A stretch of DNA of 64,000 nt, taken from sequence record NC_028925.1. The stretch is one strand, 5' to 3'. This DNA comes from Escherichia phage vB_EcoM_VR25. Both the position numbers and the translations under genes were made by a program. This document shows, in pieces, positions 1 to 8,954 of this stretch. The stretch's first letter is position 1; each line of letters begins with the position of its first letter. The notes under the pieces are model-generated. The model saw only the letters and a list, made by a program, of their open reading frames with translations, was not told where the DNA came from and did no database searches.

Positions 1-2
1 GA

Positions 3-770
3 AAACTGAAAACCTCTTTAACCGTTGAGCTTGCGCAAGACCTGGAAGCAAATGGTTTCGACGCAACAGATTTTATTGATAATATCCTTGGTATTCAAAT
101 GGCAGAGGAAATTAATAAGGACGTACTGCAATCTTTAATTACCGTGAGTTCGCGTTTTAAAGTCCAGGGTGTTTCCGAAAAAGGTGTACTTAATCTTACT
201 GATGCCGCTTATGATAATGCTCAGGACCGTGCTCGAACTCTGTATTATTATATGTGCGAAATGAATTCCGCAGTTCAACGTCAGACTTCGTTCGCTGGTA
301 CATATGCAGTCGCTTCTTCCCGTTGTGCAGCTATTTTAGCAGCTTCTGGCTGGGTTGAGAAAAAGGAAGACCAAGATGAATTGGCCTATGGTGTTCTGAA
401 GAACGGTTTGCCACTTTATGCAGATATGAATAGCCCGTGCGATTATGTTATTGTTGGTGTAAATGCTGATATGGGTGAAGGTCAGACAGTCGCATCTTTG
501 TATTATGCGCCTTATACGGAAGGTCTTAGTGAAGTTGATGATGAGGGTGACACCTCGGTTGGGGAATTCAAGGTTATCGTTGACCCCGAAAGTTTACAGC
601 CTACAGTTGCACTGTTAGCTCGTTATGCACTGACTGCAAACCCTTACACCGTTGCTAAAGACGATAAAGAAGCTCGCATTATTGATGGAGCTGATATGGA
701 TAAGATGGCTAACCAAAGCCAATTGAGTTCTTATCTTGGTGTTAAACTTCCACCACTGGAAAAAGAATAA
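3..770 (+). CDS. 24: capsid vertex protein gp24 (paralog of major capsid protein gp23), 3' portion; gene begins upstream of window
   Basis: Frame open from window edge (KLKTSLTVELAQDLEANGFDATDF... continuing into listed ORF 99..770); sits immediately upstream of rnlB as in T4; cannot exclude gp23 from sequence alone. Confidence 0.6.
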   Translation, partial: KLKTSLTVELAQDLEANGFDATDFIDNILGIQMAEEINKDVLQSLITVSSRFKVQGVSEKGVLNLTDAAYDNAQDRARTLYYYMCEMNSAVQRQTSFAGTYAVASSRCAAILAASGWVEKKEDQDELAYGVLKNGLPLYADMNSPCDYVIVGVNADMGEGQTVASLYYAPYTEGLSEVDDEGDTSVGEFKVIVDPESLQPTVALLARYALTANPYTVAKDDKEARIIDGADMDKMANQSQLSSYLGVKLPPLEKE

Positions 771-790
771 GGGCCTTGCGGCCCTTTTTA
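771..790. terminator. hairpin terminator after gene 24 (gggccttgcggccc + T-tract), usable in both directions
   Basis: Perfect 5-bp GC stem with ttgc loop followed by TTTTTA; A/T-rich on the other side for rnlB. Confidence 0.7.
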
Positions 791-1795
791 TTAACTAATT
801 AATGCAATCCAAACATGTCTTAATGTATCTCTTACATTTGCAATGAGTTGCTTTTTAACTTCAACAGGATTTTCCGTCTGGGTTAATTCAAGGCCTTCCC
901 GACCTGCTTCTTCCAAAATATCTTGAACAGTCAAACCCATTACCTTTCCAAAATCCTTTGGCGTTACTTCCCCAATTTTACTGATAACATTGTTGATGCG
1001 GTTAACAGTCACATAATCAGTGAACTTCCATAAAATGTCCAGGTCTTCCTGGGACAACACAACAGCAGCCTTGATAGGCTTATCAGACTTTTTCTTTTCG
1101 CTGAATTTAGAGTTCTTACATTTAATCGCTACGCGCTCACCATTAGGTAACCAGGCCGGAGTATCAGGTTTAAGAACATACCCTTCTGCAGTGAATACTT
1201 TACCTTCAACCTTTGCGTCAAAATCGGTGGTATTCGCGGTAGTCAAACCCGCATTATCTACTGTAAAATTGTAATCAGGAACCACAGAATCCAGGTCGTT
1301 AGGGAGCTTAATCAAGTCTTCAAAGCTACCCGTAGCCAGTCGTGGGGCAACCTTAAATTTATGGATAATACAGAAGGCTTCCATCAATGAATCAGTCAAA
1401 ACAGATTCAGAGCCATCTTCCTTAGTAACGCGGATATCAAATACATAGAAATCTTTGTCACCATAATCAACATTCTTCTGGATACCCGCCCCGGCAAACT
1501 CACCATAAATTTGGTATGATTGATAATTAATATCCTGTAAAAGTCTCTGCACAGTTTTAATGGAATCTGCATAGTTCTTGAGTACAATTTCGTAGCCATA
1601 GAAATCTTCTGCAGGTAGGATAGGTCCAGTGCGTTTCGCACATGTCACATTGTCTTGTTCAATGATTAATGAAAAGTTGGTGCCATGAATTTTCTCACGC
1701 GCTACCCATTCACCGCTGGTGAAGCCTTGCAGGCGAATCTTTTCAATGAACTTGTTGTTATAGTGATTTTCAAGGCTGTTGTATTTCTTAAACAT
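791..1795 (-). CDS. rnlB: RNA ligase 2 (Rnl2)
   Basis: 334 aa; nucleotidyltransferase motif I EKIHGTN near N-terminus; same size as T4 Rnl2; synteny. Confidence 0.9.
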   Translation of the reverse strand: MFKKYNSLENHYNNKFIEKIRLQGFTSGEWVAREKIHGTNFSLIIEQDNVTCAKRTGPILPAEDFYGYEIVLKNYADSIKTVQRLLQDINYQSYQIYGEFAGAGIQKNVDYGDKDFYVFDIRVTKEDGSESVLTDSLMEAFCIIHKFKVAPRLATGSFEDLIKLPNDLDSVVPDYNFTVDNAGLTTANTTDFDAKVEGKVFTAEGYVLKPDTPAWLPNGERVAIKCKNSKFSEKKKSDKPIKAAVVLSQEDLDILWKFTDYVTVNRINNVISKIGEVTPKDFGKVMGLTVQDILEEAGREGLELTQTENPVEVKKQLIANVRDTLRHVWIALIS

Positions 1796-1892
1796 AATCT
1801 CTCACTTTTGATGTTATAAATATCATTATAAATTATACCCTCTATACTTTCTTTCTCTGAAAGGAATTAATCGTATCGGAAGGTCTAGAACC

Positions 1893-1920
1893 ATTATACC
1901 ACAATTTTATTTGAAGCAAA
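1893..1920 (-). promoter_or_regulatory. MotA-dependent middle promoter candidate upstream of rnlB
   Basis: Minus strand reads tttTGCTTCA-N13-TATAAT (MotA box plus -10). Confidence 0.5.
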
Positions 1921-1924
1921 AAGG

Positions 1925-2188
1925 TCAGAATTTTACATACAATGTTGGCTTGTTTTCTTGCCAATTATAATTCCAGGTAAATGATGTAAATTTTTCTGCC
2001 CGCAGAAAATCAGATATCTTTGTGCGGTTTCCTTCTTCATACTCTTTTTCAGAAACTGCCATATTAACAGCATCTTTGCCATTCTCGGCAGCGGCAATAG
2101 CCACTTTGCGAAATATAACAATAAAGTCATTTGCAACTTTATCTTGTGATTCTTTAGCCATTTGGCGTAGTTCTTCTGCGAATGTCAT
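1925..2188 (-). CDS. hypothetical protein (24.2-position)
   Basis: 87 aa ORF, co-oriented with rnlB. Confidence 0.45.
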   Translation of the reverse strand: MTFAEELRQMAKESQDKVANDFIVIFRKVAIAAAENGKDAVNMAVSEKEYEEGNRTKISDFLRAEKFTSFTWNYNWQENKPTLYVKF

Positions 2189-2388
2189 TTCTTCACCTTT
2201 TTGTTAAACAACCGCTTGCGGTATACGATTTTCTCTCGTGACTTGAACTTTTCTTTAGCTTGTTCAACATCAACCCATGCCTTTGCCATTTCTTTAGCGG
2301 TCCCGCCTAATACCTTGGCGATTTCAATAAATGTCATACCAGTTTCATGCAGGAAATGTACTTTAACCTTATTCATAACCATTCTCAT
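2185..2388 (-). CDS. hypothetical small protein with possible helix-turn-helix (24.3-position)
   Basis: 67 aa; segment GMTFIEIAKVLGGTAKEMAKAW resembles an HTH; basic C-terminus; 4-nt overlap with downstream ORF. Confidence 0.45.
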   Translation of the reverse strand: MRMVMNKVKVHFLHETGMTFIEIAKVLGGTAKEMAKAWVDVEQAKEKFKSREKIVYRKRLFNKKVKK

Positions 2389-2495
2389 GTTGAGTTAGTG
2401 AAGCTATCTTAACATGGAATTTTTAACTTGTAAACAGGAGTTTTATGCCAGATATTCTTGAACGTAAAGATTTACTTTACAACCGCCACTACTTT

Positions 2496-2503
2496 AATAA
2501 ATA
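2496..2503 (+). promoter_or_regulatory. late-promoter-like box (AATAAATA, one mismatch to TATAAATA) upstream of collagen-like gene
   Basis: Located ~25 nt upstream of the ATG at 2526. Confidence 0.3.
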
Positions 2504-2525
2504 TTAAATTAATAACGGAGGATTT

Positions 2526-4106
2526 ATGACACAAACTACAGGTGAAAAAGAAGGCGTATTTTACGGTTATTCTCTTTATGATTTGAATAAAGAAAAACTA
2601 ATAACTTTTGATGAATTACTTACAGGTGTTCAAGGAGAGCCCGGAGAAAATGGCGATATTGGACCAAAAGGCCCTATTGGTTTAACAGGTCCTCAAGGAC
2701 CGAAAGGTGATACCGGGTCAAAAGGTATTAAAGGTGATACCGGCCCTCAAGGTATTCAAGGGCCCGCTGGCCCACAAGGTCCTCAGGGAGAAAAGGGAGT
2801 CCAAGGTTTAGCTGGAGTCCAAGGCATTCAAGGACCAGTCGGCCACCAAGGAGTGAAAGGTGATACCGGCCCTCAAGGTATTCAAGGACCGAAAGGTGAT
2901 ACAGGTCCTCAAGGCCCACAAGGTGACAAAGGCGAAATGGGTCCGGTGGGTCCGGCTGGTCTAACATGGAAAGGAACATGGGACGCTGATGTAGAGTATT
3001 CTATAAATGAGGCTGTCGGATATGGTGGTTCTTTATATTTCGCCAAAACAAAAGTTCCTAATGGCGAAATACCAACACCGACTTCTAACTATTGGGGTGT
3101 TTTGGCTACCGAGGGTCCACAAGGTCCACAAGGTCAACAAGGTCTTAAAGGTGATACCGGTCCTCAAGGTATTCAAGGACCTGTAGGGCCTGTAGGGCAG
3201 CAGGGTATTCAGGGACCAAGAGGACTTCAAGGGTCAGAAGGTGAAATAGGACCGCGGGGTATTCAAGGGCTAAAAGGCGAAACTGGGCCCGCTGGTCCAC
3301 AGGGTATTCAAGGGCTAAAAGGCGAGGTGGGTGCTCAGGGTCCTTCTGGTTCTCCTGGACTTACAGGACCAGAAGGACCTCGTGGGTTAACAGGCGAAGC
3401 TGGAGCTCAAGGACCTCGTGGTGCTATAGGTCCTATCGGTTTAACAGGTCCTATCGGTTTAACGGGTCCTCAAGGTATTCAAGGTCCTAAAGGTGATACA
3501 GGTCCTCAAGGCTTACAAGGTCCTCAAGGCTTACGAGGTATTCAAGGAGCTCCTGGAGTAAAAGGAGAAGCGGGTGCACAAGGTCCTATCGGTTTAACAG
3601 GTCCGAAAGGTGATACCGGTCCTCAAGGTATTCAAGGACCGAAAGGTGATACAGGAGCACAAGGTCCTATTGGTTTAACTGGACCTAAAGGTGATACAGG
3701 CCCGAGCCCTTATACTGTTTATAATTATTCTAATGTTGCAACTGGTTATGCTGAAATGGTTATGCCTGGTGTGTCATCAAACACAGTATTTAGACTTCGT
3801 TCAGTTGGAACTAATATAGAATATAGTGTTCTAAGTAAAGGCGGAGCTAATAGATATGTAGATTGGCACTTTTCAATTCCAAGTGTTTCCGGCAATACAG
3901 TAAGTACTAATAGCGGAACTAATACATTAACTCCTACAGGTAATTTTACTATTGTGGCGACCGCTTATAATGGACTAAGGGGATTTACAATAACATTATG
4001 CGAGTGGGGTTCAAGAGCTATTGTTGATATCACTGTTTATCATCATGGGCGTTCGGGAGACACAACCAAAGCTGTGGCTATTCGTATGACTACTACAAAA
4101 TACTAA
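2526..4106 (+). CDS. collagen-like triple-helix repeat protein with globular C-terminal domain
   Basis: 526 aa; about 100 uninterrupted Gly-X-Y triplets in two blocks separated by a ~50-aa W/Y-rich non-collagen segment; ~130-aa non-repetitive C-terminal domain; AGGA-type RBS (ggagga) 6 nt upstream of ATG. Confidence 0.8.
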   Translation: MTQTTGEKEGVFYGYSLYDLNKEKLITFDELLTGVQGEPGENGDIGPKGPIGLTGPQGPKGDTGSKGIKGDTGPQGIQGPAGPQGPQGEKGVQGLAGVQGIQGPVGHQGVKGDTGPQGIQGPKGDTGPQGPQGDKGEMGPVGPAGLTWKGTWDADVEYSINEAVGYGGSLYFAKTKVPNGEIPTPTSNYWGVLATEGPQGPQGQQGLKGDTGPQGIQGPVGPVGQQGIQGPRGLQGSEGEIGPRGIQGLKGETGPAGPQGIQGLKGEVGAQGPSGSPGLTGPEGPRGLTGEAGAQGPRGAIGPIGLTGPIGLTGPQGIQGPKGDTGPQGLQGPQGLRGIQGAPGVKGEAGAQGPIGLTGPKGDTGPQGIQGPKGDTGAQGPIGLTGPKGDTGPSPYTVYNYSNVATGYAEMVMPGVSSNTVFRLRSVGTNIEYSVLSKGGANRYVDWHFSIPSVSGNTVSTNSGTNTLTPTGNFTIVATAYNGLRGFTITLCEWGSRAIVDITVYHHGRSGDTTKAVAIRMTTTKY

Positions 4107-4115
4107 GGAGCTTTA

Positions 4116-4979
4116 ATGGAACCGGTTAAAGCTGTGTTAGAGCCTGATGTAATAGATGTGGAATATGGTAATACATACTCGGCTACTGTAACTCTGTCTC
4201 CTATAGAAAATATTCCAGATGGTTCCGTGATAAGATATGATTGGGTTGTTAATAACAAGTTCGTTGGTACGGGTGAAGCTACTCGTACCACCCAACCATC
4301 TCAGACCGGAAATTATGTATTATCATGTAGAGTATTCATTACTCCGCCTAATGAAAATACTGTAATGATAACAACTAATAAATCATATGGGTATGTATAT
4401 AAAAATTCCGATACAAGTCCAGTAGATGCAGAAATATTATATGATAACAAGATATACCAAATAGGAAGCAAAGTTAGATTATTAGCCGTTGCCAATAACC
4501 CAGATACCAACTTTGTTAAAGGTATTATATGGAAGGATGCTGATGGTAAGATAATAGGTATAGGTCGGGAATATATCCATACAATGCAATCAGAGTATGA
4601 TATAGTTCGAGCTAAAGTTACAATGGATTCGCCTATAAGAGATGAATTTAGTAAGAACTTTACTATACATTTGTACGCTATAAATGTTCAAGAAGGAACA
4701 TGTATAAGATATATTCATCCTTTAGACCACAGGGATGCAGGATTTATCTGGTGTGGTTGGTGGGTTATGGATGAAATCCAACGAGCGATAAAACTTGGGC
4801 TGGATTGGAAAAATCCAAAAGAGCTAGATTTAAATTACAAGTGTGATTTAGAGACATTAGCGTTATTGCTCAAGACATATCCTGAAGCCGAAGTTCAAGA
4901 ATCAAGACACGGATATATAATAACCAGACTACAAATTGAGACTGGCGAAATATATAAAAAACCATATGAAGTAAAATAA
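4116..4979 (+). CDS. Hoc-like outer-capsid decoration protein paralog (Ig-like N-terminal region plus Hoc-type capsid-binding C-terminal domain)
   Basis: 287 aa; C-terminal ~90 aa (YIHPLDHRDAGFIWCGWWVMDEIQ...YPEAEVQESRHGYI) clearly homologous to C-terminus of ORF 5003..6106; starts 9 nt after collagen-like gene. Confidence 0.75.
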   Translation: MEPVKAVLEPDVIDVEYGNTYSATVTLSPIENIPDGSVIRYDWVVNNKFVGTGEATRTTQPSQTGNYVLSCRVFITPPNENTVMITTNKSYGYVYKNSDTSPVDAEILYDNKIYQIGSKVRLLAVANNPDTNFVKGIIWKDADGKIIGIGREYIHTMQSEYDIVRAKVTMDSPIRDEFSKNFTIHLYAINVQEGTCIRYIHPLDHRDAGFIWCGWWVMDEIQRAIKLGLDWKNPKELDLNYKCDLETLALLLKTYPEAEVQESRHGYIITRLQIETGEIYKKPYEVK

Positions 4980-5000
4980 AAGGGCCTTGCGGCCCTTTAT
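4980..5000. terminator. bidirectional hairpin terminator between convergent Hoc-like paralog and hoc
   Basis: gggccttgcggccc stem-loop identical to the one at 771..784, flanked by T-rich tracts on both strands. Confidence 0.7.
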
Positions 5001-5002
5001 CA

Positions 5003-6106
5003 TTAATAGACGTAATCGTATATAATACCAGCTTCCAATGCCGAACGGTGGACGATACGACCGTTACGAGATTCCTGTACATCAACTTCCGGGTAATCAC
5101 TAAGCATTTTGGCTAATACCGCCAGATGACAATAATATGGTGTATCCTCTTTAGTGGCTTTTTTCCAATCTGTACTTTCAGATGTTAATTTCTGAATAGC
5201 GTCCATAACCCACCAGCCACACCAAATATACGCAGTATTACGGACAGGAAGTGGATGTACATAAATTAAAGGGCATTCTTCTGGAATAACAGGCTCTGCT
5301 TCTTCCACAGTAACGGACTTAGTACCTGATTTAACTGAATTTGTAAAGCCTGTTTGTGATGCGGTAACTTCACAAGTATATGTCTTCAAGCCTTCAGTGG
5401 ATTCCGTTATTGCTCTTGTTGCTTCTGTTGAGTTGTCGTCCCATTTATATGCAAGAGTCGCACCAGGGATAGCAGGGGACACAGAAGCTGTCAAATTGAA
5501 TGGAACATCAACCGTTGCAGTAGACGGGCCTGAAATCTCAACAGTGAACTCAGGAAATGTATTGTTTTCGACCGTAACAACTACTGCCTCAGGATTAATA
5601 ACTTGATTGTCATAATCTGCCGCAGAAACGGTAATTTGGCAAGTTAAAGAAACTGGTCCTGCGTCAGTAGCAGCACGAGTAATATCTTTAGTAATTTCAC
5701 CAGTAGACCACAAATATGCTATTGTAGCTCCACCGGGTTCACCTGTTACATTAGCCGAAGCGTTATATTCCTGACCAACTTTAACAGTAGGAGTGGAAGT
5801 TGTTAATGTTGCTGTTGCAGCCATAGTCTTATTATTAACCGTAATGGTTGTTTGAGCCTCTGCCGTTTCAGGCTCTCCTTCTTCCGGCGTTGTGGTGGCA
5901 ACAACTTTAATTACTTTTGAACCTGCTGGGCCAGCTGCAATATAATCCATAGTAGCAATAACAGAATCTTGTGGAACATCATCAACGGTCCATACAAAAG
6001 ATTCGGTACCAGCGACAGCGGCTCCAGCCCCAGTAGCAGTAAAATTAGTTGTTGCACCTATAACCGCTGTAGGTGTTAAAGGGGCAATTGATACAGTATA
6101 AGCCAT
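5003..6106 (-). CDS. hoc: highly immunogenic outer capsid protein Hoc
   Basis: 367 aa; T/S/A-rich tandem Ig-like segments; C-terminal YVHPLPVRNTAYIWCGWWVMDAIQ...YPEVDVQESRNGRIVH matches remembered T4 Hoc capsid-binding domain; synteny next to inh. Confidence 0.85.
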   Translation of the reverse strand: MAYTVSIAPLTPTAVIGATTNFTATGAGAAVAGTESFVWTVDDVPQDSVIATMDYIAAGPAGSKVIKVVATTTPEEGEPETAEAQTTITVNNKTMAATATLTTSTPTVKVGQEYNASANVTGEPGGATIAYLWSTGEITKDITRAATDAGPVSLTCQITVSAADYDNQVINPEAVVVTVENNTFPEFTVEISGPSTATVDVPFNLTASVSPAIPGATLAYKWDDNSTEATRAITESTEGLKTYTCEVTASQTGFTNSVKSGTKSVTVEEAEPVIPEECPLIYVHPLPVRNTAYIWCGWWVMDAIQKLTSESTDWKKATKEDTPYYCHLAVLAKMLSDYPEVDVQESRNGRIVHRSALEAGIIYDYVY

Positions 6107-6134
6107 AAAACCTCCAAGGGCCGAAGCCCTTTTG

Positions 6135-6815
6135 TTAATTTAAACGAATAAAAGATGAGTTACGTGTTTCACGAATAAGAATGGAACCGTCACGATTGAT
6201 ATAGTAAATCAAACTAAACAATGTTTGGTGTGCGCTTGCATGAGTAAAAGAAGTAGGGCGTTCTTTCCAGTCCGGGGTCTCTTTAATCCACTGGTAAATC
6301 CACCAAGGGAGAGTACAATATCCAGGAGCTTTGCCCAGCATAAGCAGATTGGGGCTAAAATTTTTAGGCAGTGTAAATTTAGGAGTTTCAGCTTCGATGA
6401 TTTGAGCGACAGCTTCTTCAAAGTCTTCGGAAACAAACGGCACTTCAATTTCAACGAGTTTAACTTCTGATTCAGGAACAACTTCCTGGGTAACTTCGAC
6501 TACTTCAACGGGTGCTTCTGGAGCATCAAACAAAAGAACAGCTTCAGGTTTAGCTGATTCTTCACCTTCAAACTTACCACCTGATAATTCATCATCGGCA
6601 TTAATAAGGTCGGTGATGCTTAAGCCTTCGTTATCGTCCGGCATAGGCATGTCAGCAAATGCTTGCAGCCCGGCTTCCAGGTCAATCAACATATTATCGA
6701 AAGTTTTTGTTTTCTTAACATCAACACCAAGCGATGATGCATATTCAGCTAATTTTTCTTTGGCTTCTTTTTTCTCGAGGACACGAATTTCCTCAATATA
6801 GTTCTTATCAATCAT
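6135..6815 (-). CDS. inh: Inh-like protein (inhibitor of prohead protease), by position
   Basis: 226 aa acidic protein between hoc and uvsW as in T4; assignment by synteny and size only. Confidence 0.5.
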   Translation of the reverse strand: MIDKNYIEEIRVLEKKEAKEKLAEYASSLGVDVKKTKTFDNMLIDLEAGLQAFADMPMPDDNEGLSITDLINADDELSGGKFEGEESAKPEAVLLFDAPEAPVEVVEVTQEVVPESEVKLVEIEVPFVSEDFEEAVAQIIEAETPKFTLPKNFSPNLLMLGKAPGYCTLPWWIYQWIKETPDWKERPTSFTHASAHQTLFSLIYYINRDGSILIRETRNSSFIRLN

Positions 6816-6833
6816 AATGAACCTCGGTTATTG

Positions 6834-6841
6834 TATAAATA
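6834..6841 (+). promoter_or_regulatory. T4 late promoter TATAAATA upstream of uvsW
   Basis: Exact TATAAATA ~30 nt upstream of uvsW start. Confidence 0.6.
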
Positions 6842-6869
6842 TAGATATATTTATTACCTTGGAATCATC

Positions 6870-8369
6870 ATGGATATCAAAATCAACTTTTTAAATTTTA
6901 GTCATGTACATGTTGAATGTGAAGATAGTATCTTCTATGAACTCCGTGACTATTTCAGTTTTGAAGCCGAAAACTATCGGTTTAACCCTAAATTCAGAGC
7001 GGGAGTTTGGGACGGACGTATCCGTCTCCTGGATTATAACCGTAAATTACCGTACGGCTTAGTTAACCAGATTAAAAAATTCGCTGACCAGTTTGGTTAT
7101 TCATTTTGGATTGACCCTCAAATCACCGAGAAAGAGGAAATCTCCCGTGTGGATTTCGATAAATGGGTCGAGTCAAAAGAAATCTATTCAGGCCATACCA
7201 AGATTACTCCCCATTGGTACCAAACAGACGCCGTATACGACGGTCTGGTCAACAGAAGAAAGATATTGAACTTACCTACGTCTGCAGGTAAAAGCCTCAT
7301 CCAGGCGCTCCTGGCGCGATATTATCTCGAGAACTATGAAGGCAAGGTTCTTATCCTTGTACCTACAACCGCGCTCGTTGACCAGATGATTAACGATTTC
7401 GTCGATTACAGATTGTTCCCTCGAGAAGCCTGTCTCGGTATCCGCTCCGGAACTAAACGTGATTCGGATGCAATGATTTATGTGTCTACTTATCAGACGG
7501 CAGTAAAACAACCTAAAGAATGGTTTTCACAGTTCGGTCAGTTTATGAATGATGAATGTCATATGGCTACTGGTAAATCCATTTCGACCGTTATCGAAGG
7601 CCTGACTAATTGTATGTTTAAATTTGGTCTCTCTGGTTCTCTCCGTGATGGCAAAGCAAACCTTATGCAATATATGGGTCTGTTTGGTGATATCTTTAAA
7701 CCCGTATCCACATCCCAATTAATGGATGAAGGCCAAGTTACTGACCTTAAGATAAATAGTATTTTCCTTCGTTACCCTGATGAATTCACCATTAAAATGA
7801 AAGGCAAATCTTATCAAGATGAAATCAAGGTAATTACAAAAGCTACGCGTAGAAATAAATGGGTAACAAACCTTGCACTCAAGCTTGCTAAAAAAGATGA
7901 AAACGTCTTTTTGATGTTTAAGAATATCGAGCACGGTAAATCGATGTTTGAAATGCTTAAGGAAGCTGGTCATGAGAATGTGTATTATGTTTCCGGGGAA
8001 GTTGATACAGAAACACGTAACGCATTAAAGGTCATGGCAGAGAATGGAAAGGGAATTATCGTTGTAGCTTCATATGGTGTATTCTCGACGGGAATTTCCG
8101 TTAAAAACCTCCATCATATTATTTTCGCTCACCCGGTCAAGTCAAAGGTAATTGTACTCCAGACAATTGGTCGTGTACTTCGAAAACATGAATCCAAATC
8201 GACCGCAAACGTGTGGGACATCGTGGACGATATGGGGGTCAAACCCAAATCAGCAAACGCTAAAAAGAAATATGTTCACTTGAACTTTGCACTGAAACAC
8301 GCATTAGAACGTATTCAGCGGTATGCAGACGAAAAATTCAATTATATCATTAAACAGGTGGAAATATAA
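6870..8369 (+). CDS. uvsW: UvsW SF2 DNA/RNA helicase
   Basis: Start chosen at MDIKINF within ORF 6831..8369; Walker A LNLPTSAGKS, DECH box; T4 UvsW N-terminus remembered as MDIKVHF. Confidence 0.9.
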   Translation: MDIKINFLNFSHVHVECEDSIFYELRDYFSFEAENYRFNPKFRAGVWDGRIRLLDYNRKLPYGLVNQIKKFADQFGYSFWIDPQITEKEEISRVDFDKWVESKEIYSGHTKITPHWYQTDAVYDGLVNRRKILNLPTSAGKSLIQALLARYYLENYEGKVLILVPTTALVDQMINDFVDYRLFPREACLGIRSGTKRDSDAMIYVSTYQTAVKQPKEWFSQFGQFMNDECHMATGKSISTVIEGLTNCMFKFGLSGSLRDGKANLMQYMGLFGDIFKPVSTSQLMDEGQVTDLKINSIFLRYPDEFTIKMKGKSYQDEIKVITKATRRNKWVTNLALKLAKKDENVFLMFKNIEHGKSMFEMLKEAGHENVYYVSGEVDTETRNALKVMAENGKGIIVVASYGVFSTGISVKNLHHIIFAHPVKSKVIVLQTIGRVLRKHESKSTANVWDIVDDMGVKPKSANAKKKYVHLNFALKHALERIQRYADEKFNYIIKQVEI

Positions 8370-8596
8370 TGAAGTCATTTGAAGAAATTATGTATGAAGC
8401 GGCAATTGAAAGCTTCATGTCTAAGATAGGTTCTTGTCAGACCATGGACGGTCTGAAGGAGCTGGAAGGTTATTATAAAAAGCGCAGCAAAGAAGCTGAA
8501 TTGAAAGATTCCGATGATATCAGTGTTCGCGATGCTCTAGCGGGTAAACGTGCCGAGCTTGAGGATATGGACGACGAAGAAGACGAAGATTTCTAA
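8369..8596 (+). CDS. uvsW.1: UvsW.1 small acidic protein
   Basis: 75 aa ORF immediately following uvsW, acidic C-terminus; synteny. Confidence 0.65.
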   Translation: MKSFEEIMYEAAIESFMSKIGSCQTMDGLKELEGYYKKRSKEAELKDSDDISVRDALAGKRAELEDMDDEEDEDF

Positions 8597-8606
8597 ATAA
8601 AAAGGC

Positions 8607-8640
8607 CCCAACCAAAAAGGAAGGGGCAAAACCAAAATGG
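8607..8640 (-). terminator. possible minus-strand terminator after the uvsY operon
   Basis: Minus strand gcccc…ggggc stem followed by CTTTTTATTT. Confidence 0.35.
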
Positions 8641-8653
8641 TTAACAACACTAG

Positions 8654-8821
8654 CTAAATTAAAAGTTGGGTCTCGTTCAGTTGCTCTTGTGTATTTTCCG
8701 TAACTGGCAAACTCTGAACATAATTATAACAGGCGCCCGGATGCACCGGACCTTGGTCTGTATCCACAACCAATGCAGAATCGATTGGAGTTTTACAGAC
8801 AACACAAATCTTATCTGACAT
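8654..8821 (-). CDS. small Cys-containing protein (uvsY.-2 position), 55 aa
   Basis: Hand-translated MSDKICVVCKTPIDSALVVDTDQGPVHPGACYNYVQSL...; below the 60-aa cutoff of the ORF track. Confidence 0.4.
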   Translation of the reverse strand: MSDKICVVCKTPIDSALVVDTDQGPVHPGACYNYVQSLPVTENTQEQLNETQLLI

Positions 8822-8954
8822 GATTGTCTCCTCAGTTAAACTTACATATCTATTTAGTGCTTCTTTAATGCGGCATTAATAAACTGTTGAAATTCACGCA
8901 TCTTCTCTTCAGAAGGTTTTAATGGTTTTCTAATATTTGCTTTACGACAACCCA

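Noticed and set aside
2728-2979. 83-aa minus-strand ORF (and 3033..3230)
   Set aside because: Antisense to the collagen-repeat DNA; the Leu/Glu/Gly-rich translation is a by-product of the GGN-CCN repeat structure.
2526-3720. Possible CRISPR-like or satellite repeat array
   Set aside because: The periodic DNA repeats are in-frame 9-bp Gly-X-Y codon repeats inside a long ORF, not spacer-interspersed direct repeats.
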